This document shows, piece after piece, positions 21,912-31,817 of a stretch of 64,000 bases of DNA. Each line of letters opens with the position of its first letter. Position 1 is the stretch's first letter. A program made the translations under genes and the position numbers. Where the stretch lies: the NCBI GenBank assembly GCA_965248445.1, contig CBDFJG010000003.1:160001-224000 (forward strand), given 5' to 3'. The DNA is from Planctomycetota bacterium (lineage in GTDB: Bacteria; Planctomycetota; JAJSAM01; JAJVHW01). The notes below the pieces were generated by a model, which did no database searches, was not told where the DNA came from, and worked only from the letters and a program-made list of their open reading frames with translations.

Positions 21912-23191
21912 TCCGCGTCCCCGTCGTCCTCGTCTTCCTCGTCGTCGTCAGGATAGTCCCACGGCTGTGGGTTCTGCGCGAGGAGTTGGGCCCGCACCAT
22001 CCCGTCGATCTCGTCCTCCCGGTACAGGCGCGTCACGAGATCCGAGCCGCCGAAGTAGAAGAGCTCGTGCTTCATGGCGAGCCAGCGTGCCGGCGGGGCC
22101 GGCAGACCGCGTGCGACGTTCTCGGTCGTGGCCGTCTCGACCACCAGCCAACCATCGCGCCTCACGACGCCTCGTAGCGCACGCAGCAGTTCCCGATCGC
22201 GGTAGTGGATCATGGTGACGACGTCGTAGCCGTCTTCGGGGATCGGGAGTCCGCGGGCACCTCGACGCAGATCGTGCTCGACGGTCTTGACGCGATCCGC
22301 GACGCCGCGTGCTTCGGCCAGCGCGCGCACCTTCGCCAGCGCCACTGGAGAGATGTCCACGGCCGTGACGTGCAGGCCGCGCTCGGCCAGGAAGACCGCG
22401 TCACCTCCGTCACCACACGCGATGTCCAATGCACGCCCCGCGCGCGGAAGCCGGTCCGCGACCTCGGAGAGGAAGGCCGACGGGCTGCCGTCGCGACGGA
22501 AGCCCTCGACACCGTGTCGCTCATCCCAGCGCTCGCGGTCGTCATGTACTGGCTCCAGCAGCACGATGCGGAGGTCCTGAACGTTCGTGAGATCCGTGCG
22601 TTCCGAGATCGTCTCTGCAGCCCAGGCCACGGTGTAGCTCGCGCATTGCTCGACGGCTCGAACCGGATCCAGTTCGAGGTCGCGCGCTCGCTCCATATGC
22701 TCGTGACGGAAGAGGGTGCCCGCGTTGCCGCGGTCGCCGTCCTCTCCATCGGTGGCGATCACTGCCGACGAGTACCGGTCAACAAGGGACTCCTCGGCGT
22801 CCATCCGCACCGCCATCGCCAGGGCGAGATGAGTCGCGCGGCCGCCGGTCTGATGGTGCTCCGGCAGCCGTACGGTTGTCTCGCCGACGGACACGACAGC
22901 GCTGCTCTCTGCGCTCTCGGCCAATTCCCTCGCCGCCGTGACGTGTGCGGCGGCCACGTCGTCGGCGGATCCGGAGAGGCGGCCGAGAGCCACGACCCGG
23001 CGGCCGGCTGCGGCGAGGCTCTCCACGGCCGCATCGTGCGCGTCCTGCGGGTTGCCGACCACGTGACACGGCGCGGGGGGCGCGGACCCCGGCACGCTCG
23101 TACGCACCGCGTCCTGCACCGAGAGCGGCAGAGCCTCCCAGGCGCCGATCTCGCGGACCGAGGTCTCGATCTCGGCGCCGGGGCGTCGTAA
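21908..23191 (-). pseudogene. 5'-truncated MOFRL/glycerate-kinase-like domain fused to a class I SAM methyltransferase
   Basis: GETTV, GGR, ATDGEDG..NAG, then ALDIACGDGGD and VDISPVAL; frame is open up to the IS1595 end and the N-terminal part is absent. Confidence 0.7.
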
Positions 23192-24239
23192 CCATGGGTA
23201 TCGGGATAACGACCGTACCCCCTACATCTTGTGGTGTGGCGTCCGGCCTCGCACGCGCTCTCCGGCGTAGACGTCGCCGTAGCCGTGCGGAGGCGCCTTC
23301 GCGGCGATCCCGAGCAGGGTCTGGAACGCGGCCTGCGGCGTCTTGCGACGGTTGAAGCGGAAGACGAACTCGTCGAGGTAGCGCTGCAGGTGCTTCTTCG
23401 ATACGCCACCGTGGTGGGTCCCCGACAGCCACGTCTTCAGGTTGGCGAAGACCATGTGGAGGTGCCCCAGGACGTCGGCCTGCGCATCGCCGATCGATGT
23501 TGATTCCACACCGTGTTCATAGCCCGCTTCCTCGAGCACTGCGTACGTCTCGTGGCCGTCGGTGACCACCAGCGACGACGGCTCGACGACATCCTTCACG
23601 AAGCCGATCAGTTTCTCTTTCTTCGCGCGGGCCACGTGCCGCAGTCGCGCGCGGCCGGGCTGCAGACCGCCCTTCTTCGTCGGGCGCACCTCGACTGCTC
23701 CCACGACTACGGCCTTGTCCAAAGGCGTGCGTTCGGGGCGGCCGCGGTACGGCGCGCCGATCAATGTCTCATCGACCTCCACGACGCCGTGGAGCGGGCG
23801 CCTCTCGGGAGCGACCATCGCGGTCCGCAGTTTCTGCAGCAGCTGATAGGCTGTCTCGTAGCAGCCAAACCCCAACTGGCGCTGGAGCGCGAGTGCTGAG
23901 ATGCCGCGCTTGTCGGTAGACACCATGTACGCGGCCCACAACCACGTGCGCAGCGGCAGCCGGCTGTGGTGCATGACCGTCCCGGCGGTGACCGACGTGA
24001 TCAGATCACACGCCGCGCAGCGCAGTCCCTTGCGGTCGGGGCGCGGCCACGACTTCGCGCCGCCGCAACGTCGGCAGCGAAACCCATCGGGCCAACGGCA
24101 GCGCACGACGTAGTCCAAGCACTGCTGCTCGGTGGCGAACTGGCGCGTGAATTCCAGGATGCTGCCAGGGTAGCCGGGGCGCGCCACAGGGCACAGACAC
24201 TACATCTAGTGGCTACGGTCGTCAACCCGATACCCATGG
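23192..24239 (-). mobile_element. IS1595-family insertion sequence
   Basis: Imperfect terminal IRs CCATGGGTATCGGG-x-T-x-ACGACCGTA at both ends; no TSD. Confidence 0.88.
23222..24187 (-). CDS. IS1595-family transposase
   Basis: RWPDGFRC zinc finger, VEVDET, VTDG, KHLQRYLDEFVFRFNRR. Confidence 0.93.
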   Translation of the reverse strand: MARPGYPGSILEFTRQFATEQQCLDYVVRCRWPDGFRCRRCGGAKSWPRPDRKGLRCAACDLITSVTAGTVMHHSRLPLRTWLWAAYMVSTDKRGISALALQRQLGFGCYETAYQLLQKLRTAMVAPERRPLHGVVEVDETLIGAPYRGRPERTPLDKAVVVGAVEVRPTKKGGLQPGRARLRHVARAKKEKLIGFVKDVVEPSSLVVTDGHETYAVLEEAGYEHGVESTSIGDAQADVLGHLHMVFANLKTWLSGTHHGGVSKKHLQRYLDEFVFRFNRRKTPQAAFQTLLGIAAKAPPHGYGDVYAGERVRGRTPHHKM

Positions 24240-25231
24240 GGCCGCCCGCGTCGGCGGACGCTCGCGAACTTGCCACCCCGGCGGGTCCCGCGGTCTTCGT
24301 TCCCCCCGTTCGCTTCCGTCCGGCATCCGGAACACGGCGCCGTTCCCGTCCCAGGCGAGAAACGAGATCAGCCCTGCGTCCAGCATCACGTGGTGATCGC
24401 CGCCGCCCTGGACGATGTTGGCGAGCGTGCTCGCTCCGCCGGCAGCCACCGGCCGTGCGTGCATGGACTCCAGTCCCAGCCGGTTGTCGCACCGCGGGAC
24501 CTCGCACCGGTCGCCGGATCGAGCGCGCACGGCCGCCTTGACCGCCGCGCTGATGTACCGCCGCCCTGGAGTCGCCTGAGCCGACTCCGCGTTCGCGCAA
24601 CCGCGCGTCTTCGTGAGGGTCGGATCGTGGCGAGTCAGGTACTCGTCGGTGACGACGCGCAGGGCCTGACCGTTGGTCAGTGCGCCGTCTGCTCTACGCG
24701 GGGCCAGCGCCCGCGCGCGCCGGAACCGATCGCGTGTGGACTTGGTGACGGCGAACGCCATGCAAATCACCGCGTCACCCTGCGCGAATGATTCGAGCCG
24801 CACGCACACTTCTCTCCGGAGCACCCGGGGTGAGACCTTCGCAGCCCGGTCGAGGAGCGCGTTCGCCGTGGCGAGCAACTCGGGCTGCCGCTCCGGCCTT
24901 CTGGAACACCCTGCCGACCTCTGCTGCGGCGTGCGGCGTCACGCGTCCGTCGCGCAGCGATGCCTCGGCTTTGGGGGGCGGCTCGGATCGTCATGCCGAG
25001 ACGGAGGAGCATCAACCCGTCGTCGCGCGAGAGGCCCTTGGTCACCGTGAACTCGACAGCGGTCGCGCAACCCGAGCGCCGGTACGACTTGGACCGGTGG
25101 ATGCGCGCCAGCGCATTCCCGATGCGCACCCGCGACTCGTGCAGCGCGCGCACACCGCGCTCGAGTTCGGCCCGCGCGCCGGAGTCGCTCCCCGCCACTC
25201 GTCGCAGTCTGTCAGCCCGGATCTGCATCAC
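24240..25231 (-). pseudogene. Frameshifted HNH endonuclease with DUF222-like N-terminus
   Basis: C-terminal RCEVPRC...H...GG...ANI...HH with the second Cys pair lost; N-terminus lies in other frames, with shifts near the G6 run at about 24973-24978 and near 24890; 3' end abuts IS1595. Confidence 0.6.
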
Positions 25232-25315
25232 GACCGGAGGGTATCACGAGATACAGACATATGTCCGTGCTCGACGCTTGCCCCGGAGCGTGCTTCGTCC
25301 TGCTACCGTCGCTCG

Positions 25316-28300
25316 ATCGAGACCACCACACTCGGCCCGTACCGCATCGAATCGGAGCTCGGCTCCGGCGGGATGGGGAAGGTCTACGCCGCCGTCGTGG
25401 ACGGGCGCGTGCCGGGACTCGACGAGGGCACCCGCGTCGCGCTGAAGGTCGTGCACGCGCATCTGCTGGAGACACCTGGCTTCTTCAAGCGCTTCCTGCG
25501 CGAAGCGGAGATCGGGAAGACCGTCCGCCACAAGAACGTCGTGCGCACCTACGACTGCGACGCGACGGGCGGCCAGCACTTCATCGCGATGGAGTATGTC
25601 GAGGGACAGACGCTGCGGGAGTTGCTCAACGAGCTGCGCCGCGTCCCCGAGGAACTCTGCCGCCACATCGGACACGAGGTCGCGTGCGGTCTGGCGGCGA
25701 TCCACGCCGCCGGTGCGATCCACCGCGACATGAAGCCAGAGAACGTGCTGATCACCGAAGAGCACGTCGTCAAGGTGATGGACTTGGGGGTCGCGCGGCT
25801 GGCCGACGACGCTTTCCGGCTGTCGAAGACCGGCACGTTCATCGGGTCGCTGCACTACGCGGCACCGGAGAGCTTCCAGGACGACGGGGCGCAGATCGAC
25901 GGGCGCGTCGACCTCCACGCGCTCGGCCTCGTGCTCTACGAACTCGCCAGCGGATCCAATCCGTATCTCGCCGAGGACCTCCCGAGGACGATTCAGAAGG
26001 TGCTCGGGGAGGAACCGCGCAAGCTCGGTGACGTCAACCCGCAGCTGAGTCCGTTCTTCGAAGAGGTCGTGCACACACTCCTCGAGAAGGACCGCGAGAA
26101 ACGGTTCTCCTCGGCCGACGAACTCGCGCGCCTGCTGGCCGATGGCGAGGACTCCGCGTGGTGGCATCGCCGCGCTTCGGTGATTCGCACCGTCACCAAG
26201 CGGCCGCTCCGCCGCATCCGCATCCCGCGGGAGACCGCGGTCTACGGACGCGAGAACGAACTCACGAGGCTCCGCGCGCTCTACGACGCGGCGCGGTGCG
26301 GCGAAGGCAACGTCGTCCTGATCGCGGGCGAGGCCGGGATCGGCAAGTCGCGCCTCGTGGACGAACTGATCGGGCGGATGCAGCGGGACGGCGAGGACAT
26401 CAACTTCCTCTTCGGCTCCTACCCGCCGGGCGGCGCGGCGACGGCGGCCGGCGGAATCTCGACGGCGTACCGCGAGCAGTTCGGGGAGGAAGGCTGTGCG
26501 GACTACTTGACGACGACACCCGTTCTCGTGCCCGCCTTCGACGCGCTGCTGCGCGGCGAGCCGCCGCCCGAAGGCAGGGAGAGGCTCACCAAAGACTCCC
26601 TCCAGACCTGCTTTGTCAATGCCACGCGCGCACTCGGCACCGAGCGTCCGACGGTCGTCCTGATCGACGACCTGCACTTCGCGCCGGAGGAGGGACGCGC
26701 GCTCTTCACGTCGCTGGCGATGGCCGTGGCGGGACACCGCGTGCTACTGATCGGGACGACCCGACCGGGCGTCGCGGACGACTGGGTGTCCGGGCTCACG
26801 CGGCTCGACCAGACCAGCCAGTTGGCGCTGCAACGCCTGGGACCAAAGGACCTGGTGCAACTGTTGAAGGACACGCTCGAGTCCGAGCAGTTGGCCCGCG
26901 ACCTCTCCGCCCAGATCGCGGAGAAGTCCGACGGCAACCCGTTCTTCGTCTTCGAGATCCTGCAGGGTCTGCGCGAAGGGCAGTTCATCACGCAAGACGA
27001 CGACGGCACTTGGGTCGGCACGAAGGTCGTGGGCGACATCCAGATCCCATCGTCGGTGCTGGACCTGGTGAAGGCCCGTGTGGCAGGTCTCAGTGAAGAG
27101 GAGCGAGACCTCCTCGACGTGGCGTGCTGCTGGGGCTTCGAGTTCGATCCGGGGTTGATCGGTGACGTGCTGGGACTCGGGCGCATCCCGACGCTGAAAC
27201 GGTTCGGACAGCTGGAGCGCGCGCATCGCCTCGTGCGTGCCGCCGGTCGGACGATGGTGTTCGATCATCACCAGGTCCAGGAGGCGCTCTACGGAAGCCT
27301 CCTCGAGCAACTTCGCGAGGAGTACCACGCCGCTCTCGCGGCAGCCTTGGAGACCCGTACCAACGCCGCCGACCAGGATCCCGAGACCCTCGACGGCGCG
27401 CTCTGCGTGGACCTTTGCGAGCACTTCCTCGAGGGCGCACGCGGCGAGTCCGCGCTGCGCTACCTCCCCGCGGCGCAGCGGCACCTCGCCAGGGGCTACC
27501 TGCATGCGCAGGTGGTCTCGCTGACCGAGCGCGCCCTGGCGGTCCCGGGGCTTCTAGGGGGCAGCGAGCGCGCCAAGACGCTGCTGCTGTTGGCTCACGC
27601 CCTCGACCTGATGGGGCGCCGGGCACGCCAGGAAGAGTGCGCAAGGGAGGCCGAACAGCTCGCGGAGGAAGCGGGCGACGACGAAGTCCGCGAGACGGCG
27701 GCGCGGGCGCTCGGCGTCGTCCTCGGCGGCACCGCGCGGTTTGCGGGGGCCGAGGCGGCGCTCCGCCGAGCGCTCGAGATCGCGGTTGCGCGCGGCGACC
27801 GAAAGACCGAAGCGGCGGCCATGGGAAACCTGGGAAGCGTCTTCGGGTCCTTGGGCCGCCTGCACGAGGCGCGGAGGTACATGGAGCGGCATCTCGCTCT
27901 CTCCCGCGAGAGCGGCTACCGACGTGGCGAGGCCATCGCCATGGGGAACCTGGGCAACGTCCTTCTGTCCTTGGGCAAACTGCCCGAGGCGCGGGAGCAC
28001 ATGGAGCGGCAACTCGCGCTCTCCCGCGAGATCGGGTACCGGCAGGGGGAGGCCAACGCAACGGGAAGTCTGGGCAAGGTCTTCACCGCCTTGGGCCGCC
28101 TGCCGGAGGCGCAGGAGCAGATGGAGCGGCATCTTGCGCTCTCCCGAGCGATCGCGGACCGACACGGCGAGGCCGTCGCCGTGGGAAACCTGGGCAACAT
28201 CTTCGCGACCCTGGGCCGCCTGTCCGATGCGCGGGGGCACTTCGAGCGGTACATCGCGATCTCCCGTGAGATCGGGCACCGGCGTGGCGAAGGCGTTGCG

Positions 28301-28831
28301 CTGCACAACCTGGGACTGGTGCTGCGACAGGAGCGCGATTTCGCGCGCGCGCAGGAGCGTCTTCAGGGCTGCCTGTCGGTGTGCGAGGAGATCGGGGACC
28401 GGCACCTGGCGGCGCAGACGCAACTCGCTCTGGGATCCCTCCAGGCCGCCACGGGAGATGGGTCCAGGGGTCGAGTGGCGCTCGAGGCGGCGCGAGATGT
28501 GGCGGCAGAGAACGGGTTCCCCGATTACGAGACGCTCGCGCGCTGCGAGCTGGCATGTCTCCCCGGCAGCGATGCCGCGGACGCGCTCGCGGCCTTCGCG
28601 GAGAACGGCGATCGACTCGACGTGCAGCGGCGCCGCGAGGCGCGCTGGCTGCTCTTCCGCGCGACCGGCGACCGCGCGCATCTCGCAGAGGCCAAGCGCC
28701 TGCTGGACGAGTGGGTGGCGCACGTCGACGAGGAGACGCGGCAGACGATGCTCACGAACCTCCGCCTGAACCGCGAGATCATGGCGGCGTGGGACGACGG
28801 GGAGAACGATGGGGTGAGTGACGGGATTTGA
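25316..28831 (+). CDS. Ser/Thr kinase - P-loop (AAA_16/STAND-like) NTPase - TPR protein
   Basis: LGSGGMG, VALK, HRDMKPEN, DLG, YAAPE; GEAGIGKS, LIDDLH, GNPFF; TPRs. The start is uncertain: no canonical start precedes the kinase domain, so ATC at 25316 is proposed. Confidence 0.88.
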   Translation: METTTLGPYRIESELGSGGMGKVYAAVVDGRVPGLDEGTRVALKVVHAHLLETPGFFKRFLREAEIGKTVRHKNVVRTYDCDATGGQHFIAMEYVEGQTLRELLNELRRVPEELCRHIGHEVACGLAAIHAAGAIHRDMKPENVLITEEHVVKVMDLGVARLADDAFRLSKTGTFIGSLHYAAPESFQDDGAQIDGRVDLHALGLVLYELASGSNPYLAEDLPRTIQKVLGEEPRKLGDVNPQLSPFFEEVVHTLLEKDREKRFSSADELARLLADGEDSAWWHRRASVIRTVTKRPLRRIRIPRETAVYGRENELTRLRALYDAARCGEGNVVLIAGEAGIGKSRLVDELIGRMQRDGEDINFLFGSYPPGGAATAAGGISTAYREQFGEEGCADYLTTTPVLVPAFDALLRGEPPPEGRERLTKDSLQTCFVNATRALGTERPTVVLIDDLHFAPEEGRALFTSLAMAVAGHRVLLIGTTRPGVADDWVSGLTRLDQTSQLALQRLGPKDLVQLLKDTLESEQLARDLSAQIAEKSDGNPFFVFEILQGLREGQFITQDDDGTWVGTKVVGDIQIPSSVLDLVKARVAGLSEEERDLLDVACCWGFEFDPGLIGDVLGLGRIPTLKRFGQLERAHRLVRAAGRTMVFDHHQVQEALYGSLLEQLREEYHAALAAALETRTNAADQDPETLDGALCVDLCEHFLEGARGESALRYLPAAQRHLARGYLHAQVVSLTERALAVPGLLGGSERAKTLLLLAHALDLMGRRARQEECAREAEQLAEEAGDDEVRETAARALGVVLGGTARFAGAEAALRRALEIAVARGDRKTEAAAMGNLGSVFGSLGRLHEARRYMERHLALSRESGYRRGEAIAMGNLGNVLLSLGKLPEAREHMERQLALSREIGYRQGEANATGSLGKVFTALGRLPEAQEQMERHLALSRAIADRHGEAVAVGNLGNIFATLGRLSDARGHFERYIAISREIGHRRGEGVALHNLGLVLRQERDFARAQERLQGCLSVCEEIGDRHLAAQTQLALGSLQAATGDGSRGRVALEAARDVAAENGFPDYETLARCELACLPGSDAADALAAFAENGDRLDVQRRREARWLLFRATGDRAHLAEAKRLLDEWVAHVDEETRQTMLTNLRLNREIMAAWDDGENDGVSDGI
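27821..28300 (+). repeat. Four tandem 120-bp units encoding 40-aa TPRs
   Basis: Units start at 27821, 27941, 28061 and 28181 and share CTGGG...TGGGC...GAGCGG...CTCCCG. Confidence 0.85.
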
Positions 28832-28888
28832 ACCCGCGACCTCCTATGCCACAGACAGGCGCTCTAACCAAGCTGAGCTACACCCACC
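28810..28888 (-). tRNA. tRNA-His (GTG)
   Basis: Full cloverleaf with G-1:C73, anticodon arm CCTGT-CTGTGGC-ATAGG, T-loop TTCAAAT and encoded CCA. Confidence 0.96.
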
Positions 28889-28981
28889 ATCGTGTCGTTC
28901 GTCGTCTAGACGGCTGCTGCAATCGCGTCATCTTCGTCAGAAGATGAGCCAAACAGCACTGAACAGCCGGCTTCGCCGGCA

Positions 28982-29024
28982 GGCACGCCGAGCAGGACTC
29001 GAACCTGCGACCTGCGGATTAGAA
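28982..29024 (-). other. 3' half of tRNA-Arg(TCT); probable att site of an integrated element
   Basis: TTCTAATCCGCAGGTCGCAGGTTCGAGTCCTGCTCGGCGTGCC; no D-arm or 5' acceptor strand upstream. Confidence 0.8.
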
Positions 29025-29160
29025 AGGCGCGGAATTTCGAGCCTGACCCCCCGGTCGGCCTCGCCTCGCGCGCTCCGATGCGCCCCCCAACGCCCTCGAC
29101 GGCGTTCGTAGCGGTCCCCGACCCGGTCCCCGTTTCCCACACCCCGAGGAGTGCCCTGCG

Positions 29161-29562
29161 ATGAGAGCCGATCACACGTCCCCGCTCACGATCTCCACGG
29201 TTGCCCACGGCGCCGTCCCGGAGCTCTTCACACGCGAGCTCGCTCGCGTGATCGAGAACACGCTCGACCCGAACACGGACGCGACGGCGAAGCGGAAGAT
29301 CCGAATCGATATCACGTTCAAGCCGAACGAGAGCCGTCGCGAATCGAGCGTCGAGGTTGTCGCTCGCTCGATGCTGGCCGACTTCAACGGAGCCGGCGGG
29401 ACGGTCTTCATGGGCCGCCAGAAGGGGCTCCCGGTCGGCCTGAGCTACGACCCCGATCAGCTTCAGATCGAGTTCGACGACGCCGACCCGATCCGCGCGG
29501 TCGGCGCCGGCGAACACCTGGACGAAGACACCGGAGAGATCACCGCGGCGAAGACCGCATAG
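29161..29562 (+). CDS. Phage protein (family often annotated 'replication terminator protein')
   Basis: GAVPELFTRELARVIENTLDPNTDATAKRKIRIDITFKPNESR resembles a conserved prophage family; RBS GAGGAG. Confidence 0.7.
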   Translation: MRADHTSPLTISTVAHGAVPELFTRELARVIENTLDPNTDATAKRKIRIDITFKPNESRRESSVEVVARSMLADFNGAGGTVFMGRQKGLPVGLSYDPDQLQIEFDDADPIRAVGAGEHLDEDTGEITAAKTA

Positions 29563-29593
29563 AGCCCGCCGAGGCGGGCGGAGGAGAGACAGA

Positions 29594-30364
29594 GTGAACG
29601 AGAAGAGCGACGTCGCCACGATGGGCGACCAGATCGAGCGGCTGACGATGGAGGCGGCGGGGAAGCTCGTCACGATCGGCGGAGAGGACTTCTCGCAGCT
29701 CCAGCTCTACCGACCGCCCCCGACCCCGAGGGAGGACATCCCCGCGACCCTCGATTTCGCGACGCTGCTGAGCTTCGCGGAGTACATCACGGCGTACCCG
29801 GACGAAGACTTCCTCGACGAACACGGCACGACGTTCGTGCACGTCGAGAGCCCGACGAGCGTCCGGCTCGTGACGAGCATCTTCGGCGGCCGGAATCAGC
29901 GCGCGGTCGTCGCGAGAGCGACGGCGATCGTCCCTCAAGTCCCGCTCGACGAGTATCAGACGGTCGAGGACTTCGTGATCGGCCTACAGGCCCTCTACGT
30001 CGAGAACGCGACGCGCGCGGACGTGCTGAAGCTCGTCGGGAACCTGAAGGACGAGACCGTCGGCGAGGTCATGGACGACGGGAAGACTCAGGTCGTGAAG
30101 GCCCGCGTCGGCGTCGTCTCGATCGCGGAGGTCGAGATACAGAACCCGGTCCGGCTGGCCCCCTACCGGACGTTCGGAGAGGTCTCTCAGCCGGAGAGCG
30201 ACTTCGTCCTCCGGGTGAAGGGCGGCGGCCCCGGCCGGCTCCCGAATGTCGCCCTATTCCTGGCTGACGGGGGCCTCTGGCGGCTCCCGGCGATCGACGC
30301 CGTGAAGGCCTGGCTCGTGGCCTACTTCAGCGAGCACGACGTCTCCCTCGGCGTCTACGGCTGA
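29594..30364 (+). CDS. Conserved phage hypothetical protein (usual partner of the upstream gene)
   Basis: NPVRLAPYRTFGEVSQPESDFVLR...ALFLADGGLW; RBS GGAGG. Confidence 0.7.
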   Translation: MNEKSDVATMGDQIERLTMEAAGKLVTIGGEDFSQLQLYRPPPTPREDIPATLDFATLLSFAEYITAYPDEDFLDEHGTTFVHVESPTSVRLVTSIFGGRNQRAVVARATAIVPQVPLDEYQTVEDFVIGLQALYVENATRADVLKLVGNLKDETVGEVMDDGKTQVVKARVGVVSIAEVEIQNPVRLAPYRTFGEVSQPESDFVLRVKGGGPGRLPNVALFLADGGLWRLPAIDAVKAWLVAYFSEHDVSLGVYG

Positions 30365-30437
30365 CCTCAGACGCGAGGGGAGCGAAGGCCGCTCAGGTCT
30401 GCCCCCTCGCACACCCCCCGACGAAAGGCTCTCCCCG

Positions 30438-31067
30438 ATGCTCCTCCCCGACCGCGAGGCCCTCGCCTTTCTGATCCTTGCCCGAGCCGCCGCCCGCGTC
30501 GTCTCGGGCGGCGACCTCGCCTCCCGAATGAAGACGGCCGCCGAGGTCTTCGGCGACGTCGACGCCGAGGGGGACGATCGCGCCGACGCCGCCGAAGAGG
30601 CCGCCGGGGTCGCCCTCGAAATGCTGAAGGCCGCGGGGCTCGAGAAGGCCGTCGAGATCCCGCACGTCGTCGCGGAGGCCGTTCGCCTCGCTAACACGAT
30701 CGGGAGGGTGGGGGCGACGCCCTCGCTCGAACCCCAGGCCGACGAGCCGACCCCGGCGCCTGAGCCGGCCGTCTCGGTCTACTCCGACCGGGAAGTCGTC
30801 GAGTCGATCCTGACGGCGGCCGGCGGCAAGGGCTGGACGTGCGAGGGGGACGGGCTCACGAAGGCCGCCCAGGTCTTCGCCGACGCTCGCGTCGTCGCGG
30901 TGAAGAAGGCCGCAACCGATGCCGGCCACGAGCTCGCCGAGCTTCGCAACGTGATCGCCGACGTCGAGACGGGCTTCGTCAACGTCGGCGACCTGGCGCC
31001 GGCCTACGTCGCGCGGACGTGCCTCGACTTCGTCGTCGCCGCCCTGACCCGGGCGGGGCTCCGATGA
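30438..31067 (+). CDS. Hypothetical protein in the prophage remnant
   Basis: Co-oriented ORF with GC3-rich codons; its stop overlaps an ATG at 31064 that is cut by the IS fragment. Confidence 0.6.
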   Translation: MLLPDREALAFLILARAAARVVSGGDLASRMKTAAEVFGDVDAEGDDRADAAEEAAGVALEMLKAAGLEKAVEIPHVVAEAVRLANTIGRVGATPSLEPQADEPTPAPEPAVSVYSDREVVESILTAAGGKGWTCEGDGLTKAAQVFADARVVAVKKAATDAGHELAELRNVIADVETGFVNVGDLAPAYVARTCLDFVVAALTRAGLR

Positions 31068-31094
31068 AAGACGGCGGCCTCCTCCGCCGGGCCA

Positions 31095-31817
31095 GAAGGA
31101 ACGGGGCCGGGTGTGCTGGCTGTGGGCGGCGGAGAGCGAGCACGCCACAGCCTTCGGGATCGATCGCCGCCGCAGTGCCAAGGCGAAAGGGCGGCTGATC
31201 GGGCGGCGCTTCGGTGGCACGGTGATCAGCGACCGGATGGGTGCCTACGAGTCACACCCACTTGCCCGCCGCCAGCTCTGCTGGGCGCACATCGAGCGCG
31301 CCTTCCGTGCGCTGGCCGAAGGCCCGCGAGGACATCGCCGCTTCGGCAACAAGGGCGTCATGATCGCGCAGTCGGTCATGCGCAGCTACCGGCTCTTCGG
31401 TGAGCACGGCGACCGTGACCGGCTGCAAGGCGAAGCCGCTGTGCTGCGCGGACGGCTCGAGCGACTGATCGCGAACGACGACTCGGCTCTGGCCAACCAT
31501 CTGCGCCCCCGCGTGGTCGCCCTCTTCACCTATGCGCGGACCCAGGACGTGAGTCCGACGAACAACGCCGCCGAGCGCGCGGTCCGCAAAGCGGTGCTCT
31601 GGCGCAAGGGCTCCTTCGGAAGCCAGTCCGCTCGCGGACTCCGCTTCGCCGAGCGCGTGTTGACCGCCGCGGCCACGCTGCGACGCCGTGGCGACCAAGT
31701 CTTCGACTTCCTCGCCGACTCGGTCGCCGCGCACCTCACCGGCGCCGACCCGCCCGTCATGGTCCCGCTGCCCGTCGCACGCTGAGGCTCACACGCTGTC
31801 AAGGGGTGAACGGTTAC
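31095..31817 (+). mobile_element. IS66 fragment: 3' 723 bp with the right IR only
   Basis: Matches 3622-4344; left half and left IR absent. Confidence 0.93.

Larger units (their letters stand above)
29025..31094 (+). mobile_element. Prophage or integrative element remnant
   Basis: Starts at the tRNA fragment, carries phage-type genes and ends abruptly in an IS66 fragment. Confidence 0.65.

Noticed and set aside
24788..25315. 176-aa N-terminal extension of the kinase ORF
   Set aside because: Overlaps the opposite-strand HNH pseudogene and reads as off-frame sequence
27821..28300. CRISPR array or DGR template/variable repeat
   Set aside because: Repeats are contiguous in-frame TPR units with no spacers; differences are not adenine-specific; no cas or reverse transcriptase gene in the window
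28982..29060. Intact tRNA-Arg
   Set aside because: No D-arm or 5' acceptor strand; only the 3' half is present
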